Shown: piece by piece, positions 37,180 through 52,100 of the stretch
Position numbering within the stretch: the stretch's first letter is position 1
Layout: each line of letters begins with the position of its first letter
Origin: Balanoglossus misakiensis
Lineage: Eukaryota; Animalia; Hemichordata
NCBI GenBank assembly: GCA_040954595.2
Contig: CM082596.2
Location: 1,090,736 to 1,154,735, forward strand
Direction: 5' to 3'
DNA: 64,000 nucleotides
Program-made: the position numbers and the translations under genes
Notes under the pieces: model-generated
What the model saw: only the letters and a program-made list of their open reading frames with translations
What the model was told of the DNA's origin: nothing
Databases searched by the model: none

Positions 37180-40100
37180 TTACTGCATTGGTAGCTGTAA
37201 AAACTCTCTGGCTTCTACAAGGCAGCCATCTTGTTCGTACTTTTGTAGCAAGTGTTTCCACATGTTGTGAGTTCCAAGCAATTCCTTGTTTCCTGTAAAT
37301 AAATGTCAAATTGTGAACTTTGCTCATAAACTGATTGTATCAATTAAGGTAGTTGTGAGTCTAACAGTCACATAGGGAAAGTTAAGGATTGTCAAAGTTA
37401 CTTACCTACGATGACCAATCCACGTTTCGCTCTGGTTATTGCTACGTTGATCTGATGTTCATCTGTGATGAATCCGAGGTTGCTTAGCAACCATCCCTGG
37501 GATGGCTTCTCCTCAATTTCTATTCTCGGAAGGGATCTCACAGTGGAAAAGATGACATAATCCCATTCGCTTCCTGTATAGTGAGACAAACACGTATTTG
37601 TGGTTTTAGTTTTTGTATTGATTTCATCTTCATGATGACATGGTGCGGACTGACAGAAAGATAAGATAAAACATTTCTTTGCTTTACCTTGACTTATGAT
37701 AACTGTACTGACAGCTATATCTTGGCGACCTTTGGCCTCTAACCTCTTTGTTATTTCTGAACACTGCGCTCTGTACTGAGACAGGATGATGATGGAGGCA
37801 GGGTTGACATGGTAACGGATCACTAATGTCAGGGCCATGCGCACCTGTGGAGAGGAATGGAGAAAAAAGCATTGGGTTTACTGAGTGCAATTATAAATTT
37901 TTCAATGGTAGCATAATTCACTGATTATTGACTTATAACTTTATAAACCCTGTGTATACCCTGAAATGCTAATTAAAGCTAGATTAGTTAACTGCTTTGA
38001 AGTGAAGAGAAGTGAATAAATTCAGTTTCCCCTGCCAGCATGAACTTACAACTTGCTCAACTTCTTCCAGATTACTTCTAGACTGTTCGCTGCCTTCTGC
38101 AGTCGACACTGTTAGCTTTTCCTCAGTGCCAACAATGTGACAAAACAGAGTTGGGTTTTGTTCGCCACCTGGCCAAACGTCAAGACCACGTGGTCGTTGT
38201 AGCACCTGTACTGCCGTCTCGAGCCTGCGATCGTAGAAATGGTCAGACGGAAATTGGCATATACCTGGATGCTGTGGAGGTTCAAAGACATTAACATGTA
38301 TTTCAGTAAGATCACATGTGGCTGAAGTGATATTTCTGTATTTTTATTGAGTTTGTCACCATTATAAAATGAGTGAACTGAAGCAATATTTGTCGAAATT
38401 TATCTGCCAAGAAGCATAACTTTTCTTCAACCTATATGTTGTACTGATAGTCCATATCCTACCATTCTGTACTGCAATGTTAGCATCATAGCTTTCTTTT
38501 CGTATCTCTCGAGCATTGATATCTCCATGCCTGCTTTCTTTGCGATGTCTTCGGTGACGATTGGACGGAGTTGCTTGTGGTCTCCGATCAGTACTATCTG
38601 TTTCGGCTCGGTCGTTACCAAGGGAATGATCGTTTCCGGTTCGGTGCACATGCCACACTCGTCCACAATGCATTGGTGGATTTGTGTTCCTTCTGCAATA
38701 CGCCGCCCTCCTGATGTCACACATGTACATAAGATGATATCATTTCGCTGAAGTTCCAACTTCTCTGCTTCCCTGACGATGTTGCGATAGCTCAACTCGT
38801 CTGTGCGGTCGTATGAATATGCCGGATCGCGGAACAAATCGTCGTAATACTTCAACTGTTGGTGGTAGGGGTTTGATGACTTTCGTATCAAATAGTGCAG
38901 AGAAACATCTCTGTGTTCAGGTGCCATGGTAACCTCACTTCCTTTTGCTCTCAGTGGATACTCTGGCATGCCTGGAACTGGGAAGGTCTGTCGTTCTATG
39001 CTTTCACTGTACACTCGAACGATTCTGAGGTGGGCAATCTTCTTCAAGTATGCTAAAAATAGAAAAATAGAACAGCATTTATATATATAGGACTACTGTA
39101 AACTCAAAGAACATTTCACAGTCAAATTAATTTATCATCTTTACCTGTAACGACGTCGATCGACTTGTTAGATGGCCCACAATACAAAACCTGCTTGTGA
39201 CCATAGTGCTGTACCAGCTGATTTAGATGTACAAACCAGAACGCTATGTGTACACCAGTCACCGTTTTGCCAGTTCCTGAAATAAACAAGGAAGTTCAAA
39301 TATCATCTTCATAAAAGTCATCTGGTGATAAACTTGTTATAAAAACAGATATCAACCAACAGTTTAATAGTTACATTTGTAGTTTCATGATCAATCATTG
39401 AGGCTCGGAAATAGTGCAACCAGTGTGATTACCTGGTGGTCCTTGAATCAGCATAAATGACTGGCTCAAAGCTGTCCTGACTGCCTTATCTTGGACAGAG
39501 TTCAGTTTGTAGAATGGTCGCGGGTGTGTCTTGATCTCAGTGTCACGAACTGTAAGAGCTAGTGCGTTGTCTGTATAGAAAATATATCATGTTTATTTAA
39601 ATGGCAATTTAGAGAAGTTGCTGTTCAAAGGGAATATAAAATGAGAAATTGTCAATAAATTCCAGCATGTTCTTACCGCCCATAGTTATCTTTCGTCCAA
39701 GGCAGATATCTTGAACAAACTTAGATGCATTTCCCAAGGCGTTCATAGCATCTTTTACTCGTCTGAAACAAACAGACAGATACAGAAAAGTGTTATTCAA
39801 TCTCCAGAATGAATTGGTTACAAGATTTCTCAATTTTCTTGATATCATTCCTTCTAAGATTCAGCTGTGAATTTTACCACTTTGATGTACTAATCACGTG
39901 ATGGCTGGTTATTTGTGACTGTACGGTCCTCGCACAATAATTACATCCAATATATATTAACAGTTGGCTTACTCTGAAACAAAAATGTGAAACAACTGGT
40001 TAATAAGCATTGAAGTATGCATACCTGTCGGGCATAGTCTGTGGAATCCATTCAACAGTACATGGCAGAAGATGATTTGGTTGTTGCTGAAGAAGTCTGT

Positions 40101-43100
40101 CCGGTATCTGATTTGTACCCTGGTTCAGTTTGATATGAACCTCTGTGAATTCCTGGTTTCGTTCCACGGCCGTACTCACGCAATGACCAATCCAACGGAA
40201 ACCAACTGGTCTATCAGCCACCTCAACACTGCCTTTCTTTTTGCTTGCCACCTTTCCATCTTTCATCTGGTAACGCACACACAAGAAGCCATAGTGCCTG
40301 TTGGGGTTTTTGTCTTCAACTTTGCAGCCGTCAAACTTTATTTGTCTGCTCATACAGAAAGCAGATGACAACCGGAAGATGCCTTCATATGCATCAGTGC
40401 CTTCTTCACACTGAGACCATTGGATTCCCACATCATGGATTGTGACAGTTTCACCAGCTGTAACCGCACTGTACGCTGAAACCATGGCGAGAAGTCTCCT
40501 CCAAACTCTCTGATAATCTGCGATGTTCCGCTTGTTTCTCAAGATAGCCGTTCTTTCGCTGGCAATCTCTGCGAAACAGTGAATGGGGTTGCTGCGATGC
40601 TCGACACAGAAATCCAGCTTTGGTGTGAGGTTAAACAACTGAACAACTGGCGTTAATGTGCCTTTCTTCATGCTAATAGACAACTGGACTTCAGCGACAT
40701 CACCGCAGGTATAGGTACGCTGAAACTGACAGAAATGCTTGCTGCTATCCCCAGAATCTGGACCAACTCCTTCTGATGTTACTTCTGTGCAGTAACTGGG
40801 TTGGTAACTGAGTTCTGGAGGTAACCCACTCATTGGATTGTTGAGGATGATGCTGATTCTGTGGTACACTGTTTGGAGTTTTGGTCGGTTTTCTGTGATC
40901 AGATATCTCATCATCTCCTGCCACAGACTACCAGGGATGTGCTTGACAAATCTGTCTGGTGAAAGAACAGCAGTTTCTGTACGCCTGACAGAGGGTTGGT
41001 CACTCTCTACATCTTGGTCTGCTTTATTCTCGTATATTCGTCCTTTCCACTTCAGAGTCACAGGACCATTTTCACCCAAGATGACTGGTTTCTCACACGG
41101 CTGCAGTGCACTGAACTTGAGAATGCGCTCTTCAGAAGGAATGTGTCGGTTGTGTTCACGAGTGTGTAGTTCGACATCCCCGTCTGATGTTGATGCGATG
41201 AATGCAAGACTTCGCACTGGTTCCTCTTTTAGTGTGGTCGCTATGTGTAGTGCCACTGTAGCCCGTTCGAACTCTTTCGCAAAAGCAGCCTGTTGATTGC
41301 AATTCTTGCATATATCCATGATGTCAGCACCACTGTATGGTGCCTCTTGCGATGAGAGGTATGCGTACACCAGTCGATGGACAACCAGATCAATATATCT
41401 CCTTATCGGCGATGTGAAATGAGTATATTCAGGCACATTCAGTGAAAAGTGTGAGGTTTCTTCATTTGTATGGCTAGAAGATATGTAGATGGATCGTTCT
41501 TGTATCCTCAAGTAACTGGCCAACATCACTGCTAACTGTGGATGATTCTGATCACTGAGAAGAAACTTCTGTAGCCGAGCCGTGTCCCCGAACTGAATGG
41601 CCTTCACTATTTCTTCCCATACTGTATTCAGAACATCAACATCAGCCCCTTGTCCAGGTCGCAGGAATTCTTGCAACTGAAGTAGCTCTGACTTCGCTAC
41701 CATATTCAGGCTGTTTGGAATCTGACTGCTGTGTTTTGCCTTCCACTCGCTGAGCTTTTCTGACTGAGGAGATTTCTGTCGACGAAGGGGTGTACAGTCA
41801 GGAAAGACACGAACAAGAAGATTTGCTACGTGCATATTAGCGAGTAACATTAATTCTTCGATCATTGAGTGTGCTTGTTGCGAGGTTGTATCATCATCAC
41901 TTTCATAGCTGCAGCAAAACCTTCCATCACCAAGACGACTGGTGCGAACTTTATCTGTCAACTTGTGCAAAATCTGGATACTTTCCTTGATGTTATCAGA
42001 GATGCCTTCAATTTCACCACCATCGATCACCTCCTCTGCTTGTTCATACGACAGTTTGGCCTTTGATCGAATAACTGAACAGCAAAGTTCAGGACTTGAT
42101 ATTTCTGCATCTTCTGTGAATGTCAGGAACAGAGTCAGAGCAAGTCGTGGTTTGCCAGGAAGTAAACTGCATAGCTTGGTGCTAAGCTGTGGTGGAAGCA
42201 TGTGTATTGGCGTCTGTTTCCATGGATAATGAGAAGTTGCTCTCCGACGAGCTTCTTTATCCAATTCACTGTCAGGATGCACAAAGAATGAAACATCAGC
42301 TATGTGGATGCCCACTCTGTATTGGTCATCTTCAAGCACTTCCACACTCAGAGCATCATCAAGGTCCGTTGACTCTGCTGGGTCTACAGTGAACACATCC
42401 AAGTCTTGTAGATTCTCTCGATTCTCGACTTCTGATGATGGAATTGTCCAGTTATCAGGATACTTCTGTGCTATTTCTTGCTTTGTTGCTATCTTGTACA
42501 CTGCTTTCACCCCATACACTGTTTTCAGTATGGCAGTGCCAGTTGCCAGAGTGTCTCCATAGGGAAGGACATCAACAGCCACGCATATTGGATAGCGATA
42601 ACGTGGATTCCAGTGCAAGAACCTCACCAGGAACACTTTATTCGGGCGTTCTTTGTTGGTCACTTTCTCATGACGTTTGACCTTCAAATCACCCGCTTTA
42701 GTGAAGGTACAGATGGGAATGGAGTATGGTGATCGAGATGCTGTATCGTCCCGCGGCTGAATCCAGATCATCTTAGGAAGGCTTCTGTTGAGGGGTGCCA
42801 TAAGATTTGGAGCATATTCATCCAGCACACACGCTATCTTCTGCAGTCTGGGTTCTACAGCTCGCTCTAAAATACCAATAACTCTGCCGTACGTTTTGTC
42901 CCTCCTTTCATCTCCTTCAGGGAAGTCATTTTCACTGTTGAGGATTTCAACAACAACTTCGTCGTTATTGAGAGCTCTGCCTCGCTTGATCTTGGTCGTG
43001 ATTTCAATCTCCTGACCTTCGGTTTCATCAAGAGTGACAGCATATGTTCTGCTGGGTTCTATGTACAGTTTACACCTCTTGTAGACATTTGGATTTGATG

Positions 43101-46100
43101 ACATCATATCTTCGAGATCTTCTTTACCATATTCTTTGATTAGAGTACTTTCATCTGTTTCAAGGGTTTCATTTTCATAGGGATCCCACATATACTCATC
43201 AGTGTCAGAATCATAATCTTCATCATGGTCAGTACCAAGTTGACGTCGGTATTGATTGCGTTGGCTGGACACAGATTGAAAATTGCCTTGGTGTGATACT
43301 CTCTGACCACCGATGATTCTCTCCCTTGATGCCACACCCACTTCTTCATCACTATCTTCAACATCTTCAAAAGCTCTTCCTTCTTCAATCTTTCGTCTGG
43401 TCTCATCTAACTGACGGGCCAACTCTTGCAATATCTCATCTATATCCAGTGACTCTAAGACATCGCCTTCATCATCTGATTCCCACTCGTCATATGTTTG
43501 AATGTTGTCATCAAAGTAACTGCTTTCTTCATCAGCACTGGTGTGTTTTGCCGCAAATGTAGGCACCGTCTTCTTTGTATGTTCAACAGTTTGATCATCT
43601 CGTTGATTCTGACATTTGATATCTGCTGCAGTATCTGCGGTAATCTCAGTCACTTCACAAAGCTGTTGGGATTCTGACTTGACAACATCAGTAGATGTTG
43701 GATGCCATGATGGTAGATAAGTAGAGGTTGGTTGCCATGGCAATAGATCAGCGGATATCGGTGGTTGCAATGCTGGTAGATCGGTAGATAATGGTGGCCA
43801 TGATGGTGCTCTACTTGCTGTACCTGGATCTGGAGGTTTTGCAGCCATCAGTTTACTGACTTCAGAGTATAATGCTTTAGGTTTTGGTGCATCATTCTTG
43901 CTAACAGAACTGCCCTCTCTAGCAGTTTTTGCATCATTCCTGCTGATGGGACTGTCTTCTTTTGTCAGTTTCGTCTTCGACCCTTGTTGTGTCGATGTAC
44001 CATCTGACTCTCTGGGAGTGAACTCTTTAGCTCTTGGGTCAAGTTCATTGTGAGTTGACAGGACCTGTTGTTCGATACTTTCGATTGTCAGCGTGTCAGG
44101 ATGCACACTCTGGTTCTTCTCACATTCAGATATGTAGCTTCGCCAGTTGTTCGAACATTTCCCCATAGAGCACAAGGCTATCGGATCGCCAATCACAGCG
44201 ACTAAGGACTGGGCACGCGTCAGTGCTGTGTTCAACAATTTTCTGTCTGATAGAAATCCAAGATTTAAGCTTTCGATATCGACGTCATCACCTTCTGCAA
44301 CTTTCCGTGTTCGAACAGTGCTTATGAATAGAGCACGGAATTCTTTACCTGTAGAAAATAATTTACAAAAAGAACATACATACATCCATTCAATGTCAGG
44401 TATCTTGTGTTCAGCATCAATCCTTTCATTGGTGGTGACTAATGTCACATCTCAAGAAAACCAAAGCATGAATTAAAAGGCTAATTTTTATGACTTTTGA
44501 ATTAAAAGTACCAATGGCATACATGCATGTATCTCAGCATCACAAGTCACCTTAATAAAGGTTGTCTTACCTTGAACGTTTAACACACGTTCAACAGTTA
44601 CTGCCCCAAGGCCCTTCTTGCGAAGGTTATTTCGAATCTGCTGGACCTGCCATTGGTGATTACAAAAGGAGATGTTTAAGTAAAACGCTCAAATAATAAT
44701 TAAACTTCAGAATGATTACCAATTCACCACAGTATCTTAGGGACGAAGCAACATACTTTTCAGTGAAGTGAATATAACCTGAAAGGCAACTTGATCATGA
44801 TTTCTCAGAGTGAATGTTTGGAAAGTTATTGAGATGTTGTTGATATTTTTCTTACCTGAGAGGAATATGGGGACACCACTCCAACTGTCCTTAAATCCTT
44901 CTTACCCCAATCCTTTGGCCAATCACGGCATAATGCCTCAACTCGGTACGAAATCTCCAAAACCTAAAAGTGAAAGAAAGAAAACTACATGATCAAATAC
45001 AAGATACACCTGAACAGAGGCTTGTACTTTTTTCTGAATCTTCACATGAAGTTGAACTTGAGACATTTTGATGGTCTTACCTCTGCCTTATTGTAGTAAG
45101 ATGTTCCCATTTTCTCCTCCTCTCCATTGGCACTGTAAAATGCCAGAGGATAAATTTCTGGGTGTCGTTTCTGAGGTGGATCAGAAGATGCGATCAACGC
45201 CTTGCCATAAAATAAGACGGAGATGAATTTCAGGATCTGTTCTTGACATCTGTAATTTTCATCCAGCATGATTCGATGGGGTTGGCTTGATTCTCCTTCT
45301 CTGATGTAGACTTTGAAAAGTCGTGTGAGGAGAGACTGGTCGAATCTGTGTCTCTTTGCATGGTCTGAATGCACCTGTAGAAACACGGAGATCAAAAATG
45401 TTAGTCCAAATGAACTTCTAACTATAAGCTTACCTCATACTGACAAACATATGTGTTGTTATTGGTGATGTGTTCGAGTACATGAAGCACTTTCAATATG
45501 GCATACGGTGATGTCACATTAGTTTTCGCGCCACTTTGCCATTGTTCCTTGTAAGTGCTTGCCCTACACTCTTGATGGCTAGATGTATGAAGTGACCATC
45601 CAGACCGAATAAAGTTCATGTGTTCATTCATTTGCTTCAAGAGTTAAGTCAGTTATAGCATAACACCAAATGAAACTGACAAATGTGAACTTGGTGACAC
45701 ATTCAGAATATTAATACAAACCTCTGGGCTCATCTGTTGGTGGTCTCCAGCGAGTATGATCTTGGTATTTCGACCAGCCAGGGTTATTGGCATGATGGCT
45801 TCTGTCTCCAGTGCTTGCCCCGCCTCATCGATGAAGACATGCGTGAAATGACCTTCTAACCCGATCCTCTGCAACACCACAGATGTCGTAAGTGTCGTCA
45901 CGACAACAGAATACTTCTTGACTTCTGTGATGTCATCATCTGTGGGCATACGTACTTGCTGCACGCCTCTTTTGGCTTCTTGAAGAGGGCAGTACTTGGC
46001 GACTGTTTGGTGTATGGTTTCTAAACGACGGATTCCAGCGTATATACGGAGAGGTCGTATCTGTGTGCACCCTTCCTTAACCATGTCATCAAAGTATTCT

Positions 46101-49100
46101 GTTATGTACAAGTCTGCAGCGCTGCAGTCAATAGAAAGATGTGAATGGTCAAAAGATGTATACGATCGAATCAAGTGAATATGTAACAGCATAAATTGTC
46201 ATGTTTATGTTAATAATAACGTACTGGTTAAATTGCTGAAGACATATCTCAAAGGTATATTATTTTTGACATGCACTTATATGAATAATCCTCATCTCAC
46301 CTGTTTGATATGGTACATAACAATATCCTTGCATCCGGTCGCTTGGTTACCAGCTGCTTAATAGACATCGCCATTGTATACGTCTTACCAGTACCAAATG
46401 GTCCATAGATAATCAAAGGAGTCGTGCTATCTCCATCAGTTGCTGAGATTGCCGCTACAGCTCGTAGTTGGTTGCTGTTCATCTTCAGCCCCGGTATCTT
46501 CTTGATTTTTCTCTTGTCTACAACCAGAGACTTGAATGATGGAAAGATGCATTTGAGCTTTTCAGTGGCCAGACCATCAATGGCGTAGTGTTGACGACAG
46601 AATGGTAGACGATTCATGCGAAACTGGATCTCAATTTCAATCTTCTGCTCGGCTTGAAGCTTGAGGTCCTTACAGCACTTCTGCCCAAGTTGAATGAATA
46701 TTGCTTGCTTGTCAACACCACTGAAGTCGCGGTCACTCACAATCTTTGCTTCATACACCTCTCGTGACTTTGACTGGCATGGCTTTATCAAGACGGAAGT
46801 GACACTTCTGAGAACAATCCTGCCTGCTTCGTAGTCATCTGAAAGTTCTTGTTGGAGTTGAACTTGGCTGAAAAGTTCACCTTCTTTAGTGTAGTGAGTC
46901 GTTGGTCCAACAGTTGACTCCACTGAGATGGACTTCAGCAGTGTTATGCTGGTTTTACAGTTCAATCTATGAACAGAAAAATGAAGCCATTACAATTAAA
47001 CAGAAGGCTTGATGTTGTACATGACATTAGGTCTATTTGCTATCAGTGGAGGTGTAATGTGACAGTACCCCATTTCTTCTTGCAATGCGACATGTATTCT
47101 ATGAAGAACTCACCCTTCCAGTATTTTCATCTGAGAAAGCTCTTCCAGATACAGTAGACGATGCATTTGATGTGTGTAGTTATTCTTCGTTATATCAAAC
47201 TCTCGTACTTGTAGCATTTGTTGCTGGAATATGGAGGGATCTTTGTACTTCTGCAAAAGCTCGCCATCAAACTGACACGGCTCAAATTCTTGGAATGGTA
47301 CGATGACACTATTATCTGAGTTCCAGACTGTGACAGCTGTTTGACTCTTCACATCACGGATGGATTCCAGTGCCTGGGAACTGCCAACATGGACAGTCAG
47401 CTTCTTCACCAACGCTGGTTCAGATCCAAAGTCAAACACTACCCATTGATGAAAGCTTCCGAATATTTGAGATTCAAAGCTTACTGGGACTTCAAAGTTG
47501 TAATCTTCTGTGGTAAACTTGCTGCCAGAAGCGATTTGGACCAGTTTCTTTCCATCCATCAAATGAAAATGTTGGCGACTAAGATCGTACAATAATCCCA
47601 CTCGGATAAGTTGCATCTGAAAGGCAATGGTATATTTTGTATATTAGTAATTCATAGTTTTTTAAAATTGAGATAATAAAAAGCTGAAGTTGCCTTTAGC
47701 AAAATATGGAAACACTTTACGACTAAATGTTACCTACCGTGTTTGAAGACAGCTTGAACCGCCACTGGTGATGCATCTTCTCAGTGCTGTCATCCTTCAA
47801 TAATGGAACTACTGTGTCTGAATCACACGTTATGTCCACATCTTCAATGAATTCACTCAACTACAAAATAATAATAGGGGGAGGTACTTTGTATTATCAA
47901 AGACAACATGCATTGAACGAGGATGAAAATAATGTTTGGAATCCACAGGAAAAATACACACCACTCTGTCACTTGATCGTTGGTTATGATACTTTTCAAT
48001 TAAAGTATCCATGAATGAAAACAGGTGTCGTTCTCTCGCAAACTTCCTTTTCATTTGACGATAGCCTGCTCTTTCCTTCCACTCTTCCAATTCTTCCTCA
48101 CTGTGTGCATACGTACATTCACCGTATGGGCAAGATTTGGCTTGGGCCGACTCCCTGAAAGACAACCAATAATACATGTATTAAACCTAAGAACATGTAT
48201 TCCAAATTTCAAAGTAATTGGACAAGTGCTTTCCAAAACAGGTAATTCCAAATGGCTGTTTTTGCCTTGGAGAAGATCTTACCTTGGACACATTCTAAGC
48301 CTGTCTTCATGCACATTCCAAGGTGGTGGTCTGTAATTCCACTCTCTATCTTTATCTGAAATCACCCTCATCCTATGGCTTGACGAAGTGAAGTGTTGCT
48401 GCAGCTGAATTCTTGAATTGCAACGTTTGTTGCAGTAGTCGCAGTAGAATTCATTCTGTCGGAAACGTGCCAGGTCAAGAGGAGTCCGGATTGGGGTATC
48501 ACCGATATGTTGTGGCTGTGGTCGAAGGGTTGGTTCCACAGGTGCTTTGGGTTGTGCTTTCTGTTTTAAAATCTTTACAAGATCTTTGAAAGTTGACACT
48601 GTGCAAAAGAAGATTTCACTGACATGAGTACCATAAATGATTGTGCAAAATGTAGGATGAAATGTGATTAATATTTAGCTTGGCAACTTCGGCCAATTAT
48701 CATGCTTTGGACTGAACCATAGTGGTGAAAGGGTTAAAATGATCATTACCTTTTCGCAGGGACTGCCACCTCCATAGCATCATCTCCTCTGGGGAATGAG
48801 GGTTTGCACAATCTCTTCCCATAAGCTGTTTGTAGTGGTCTTTCCCCCTCCACTTATGACTACACATTTTGAAGTTAGTCTGGTTTCTGTCAAGAAGGAA
48901 TTGAGGGATGCTGTTGACATCAACCCAACGCTTGGTTTGCTCGGAGAATATCATAATTTCTTGGTTGTCTTCCTTCCATTCATGGGAACCCTTGGCACAC
49001 TTCCCGTTTTGCTGAGGATTTTCTTCGACTAACTGTCTTGTACGAATCCAGCACCCTTTGCAGGCTACCTTTATTTTGAATGGAATTTGATGTACCACTG

Positions 49101-52100
49101 GGTCTGGTGCCTTCGGTTTTGGTTGAGTACCGGTATCTGTGGTGGAAGGGGTGGCTGCTGTTGTTGTTGTCATCGTTGTTGTTTGATGTATGGCAACTGG
49201 TTGGGTCACATAATATGTTGAAGCAGCTACAATCTGATTTCTAGTGATGCTCGTAACAGCTTCCAGTTCCCAGACTGCCTTCTCTGCTTCTGAGTGAGGG
49301 AATGTACACCTTTCGCGTAATGCAGGGATGTTGATATGGAATGCGTGGATACACCTTACGAACCGCGTACGATTGGCAACTTTGGGAGGAACCTCTCCAA
49401 TTCTGCCGACCATCAGATCCTTTCCATTCTGCACAACATGCATCATCATTTCATTTGTCTTCCATGGATGTTTATCATCACCACTGCAAAACATCCCATC
49501 AACGGGGGTCTTCACTATAATTCTTGAAGATTTCAGGAAGCAGTCTTTGCAGCACATGACAAACTGCCCACCACAATCAATAAGTAGTTTTGTGAGCTGC
49601 TCTGGTTTGGCGGGTGCTTTACCTGATGAGATGACTGGGGACTGGGCACGTTGTGGAGTTTCTGTTCTGGGAATGTAACTAACTCCGACATCAGTTGGAG
49701 CAACTTCTACTGATATTGGATATGCAGAAGGTTTAGGTGATAAGACTCTTGGTTCTGAGTCTTGGGGAACTTCCCTTGTCAGCTTCCCAGTTGTGACATC
49801 ACCATTATCTTCTCCACCAATGGCACGACTTGTATCACAGCCAGGTAATTGCTTCAAGTATGACACCAGACGTTGTCTGTTTGATACATTCTGCCTGTCA
49901 ATCGTCCAAAACTCAACTTCTTCCTCGCTGTGACAGAAGTAACAATTCTCCTCCCACACAGCACATTTTTCTTCACTGTCAAACTCGTTGCAAAGTCGGT
50001 ACTTGCCGGTGTAATTCTTCTTTGTACGAGATCTGATTTTCTTCCAAGCGAATACCCTCGCCGATTTCTTGGCGCACAGCAATATGTCTGCCCAACAGCT
50101 GTGTTCCAGACTTGAATTAAACCTGTAACTTCCTTGACCAAACTGTCTAGGTGTCTGAGTGTAACACTGTTTGCAGGCAAGGCGGAACTCATGGGTCTTG
50201 AGCATATTCTGAATGGCTGCTGGGAGACCGTTAACACTACATCGGTTGGATTTATCTGGAATTCCTACTGTCTCTTGAGGTGTAGGTCGTTTGGAGACTG
50301 TTGAAATCTGTATAATGGAGTGGGTTGGAGCTTCCTGTTGCAACACATTGGACCTGTTATTGACTAGAAACAAGCGATAATGATAGTCAAAAGGGTTAAT
50401 TCTGTCTTACTCTGATATGAACTATACAATGTAGTGTTTACCAAATCAGGCCTCACCTGTGTTTTCTGTGTTTTCGAAGGTGTCCAGTCCAGTTTGTGTT
50501 TCTCTGGTTTTCTCTAACATTTTCTTCGACTGCTAAATGAAAAAACATGTCTATATGAAAAGTCTTTGATACAGTTTGATGGCAATCATTTATAAATTTC
50601 ACTCTATCACAATACCACTGATATTTCTTGAGATTGGTTTTACCTTTTTCAGTTGAACTGTGGTCCACTCCGTAGTCTCATTATGTTCTGTGATGTCTGT
50701 CAGCGCTGAGAACATATTTTGATTCGATTGGATGCCAGGTATTTCCATTATCAGGTTTTCTTCCTCATTGTCAGATCCTCCGTCAGAGCCTGATTCATCT
50801 GTGTTCAAAGAAAAATATCATTTTCAATCTTTGGATATTATACTTGTGCGAGAATGTGAGAGTCAACCAAATATTTAAGGTATTATTGTGCAAATACGTG
50901 GTGCTTAGAGAACACTGAAAAACTGTGCTTATCAATCTGTGACATAAACAACACTGGTGCTTGTTCAACACGGTTACTTCATACAAAGATGCAATAGACA
51001 TTTCCCTACTTATTAAACTATTCCAAAATTCCCCCGGTATAAAAGTCGAGAGTTTGATGTAAATGATGTTGATGTACAAACTTTCATTTCTGAGCTAAGA
51101 CCATAGAGAGACCGACAGCACCAGCAAAAACCTCATCAATGTTCACAGCAGATTTTGAACAGGATGACATTGGTTTCTTGCCTTGCATATTGACAGTGGA
51201 CTCACTATCGTTACCATCATCTGCTGCCTCTTCAAGCGATGTAATTGCTCTTCCAGACAAATCTTGCTTTCCATTCTCCACATTTTCACTGCTTGCATTT
51301 CCTTAAACATGATTAAGGTTGGTGATTTTTGTGGACAAAGATGAATGTGTTTTATATTTATATTTAAATAGGTAATATAATTTTGTACGCTTTCCGACCT
51401 TGACAGCTGAACATAATAAACACATTTACAATATACCATGATCCTTTTGGAAAATGGGTTAGTATTGCACGTTAATAGGTTTAATTATTTTAACACAAAT
51501 CAGATTGAGAGTGTTAGTGTGGTTAAGTGCAATTAAAGTAGAGTTAGGTGTTATTGCAATGACCATGCTATTTGAAATTAGGGATTTGAACAGACAACGT
51601 GAAAATTTCTTACTGTTATTGGACGCTGAACTTGAGCGTGACTTTTGCTTTTTCTTCTTTTTCTTTTTCTTCTTCCTTTTCCCTTTGTTGTCAGCCGTCT
51701 AAAATGAGAAATCACTTGTAAGGTAAATGGTATGAGCAATCATAATCGTTACTGGCTCTGATAAGTATATCAGCACTCGAAGGGGATGACAAACGGTCCT
51801 GACTGAAGGGTTGGGTCCTTCCAACATACTGTACAACAAAGGTGCCAAAATACATGGTAAAGTTGGACCTCTAATTAAAGAGGGAACTGGGGTGAAAGGG
51901 TTAAATCTATCCCTTACCTGTGTGTTAGACTTGACTTCTTTTGGAAGCCATGACTTGTCCACTTCACTGTCATCTGCAGTAGGTTCCTCAGCCTTGAAAG
52001 TATCTAGTGCATCTGCCTTTGATCCCATGATATCACTGTAGTGTGTGACCTTTCCTTCTGATCCTGGAATTGGTGTGTCCTGCACTTGATTTGCTCCAAA

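Noticed and set aside
40000-44448. 1482-aa ORF as a stand-alone or horizontally acquired RNase R
   Set aside because: Bounded by splice sites and continuous with helicase exons on both sides; it is one internal exon.
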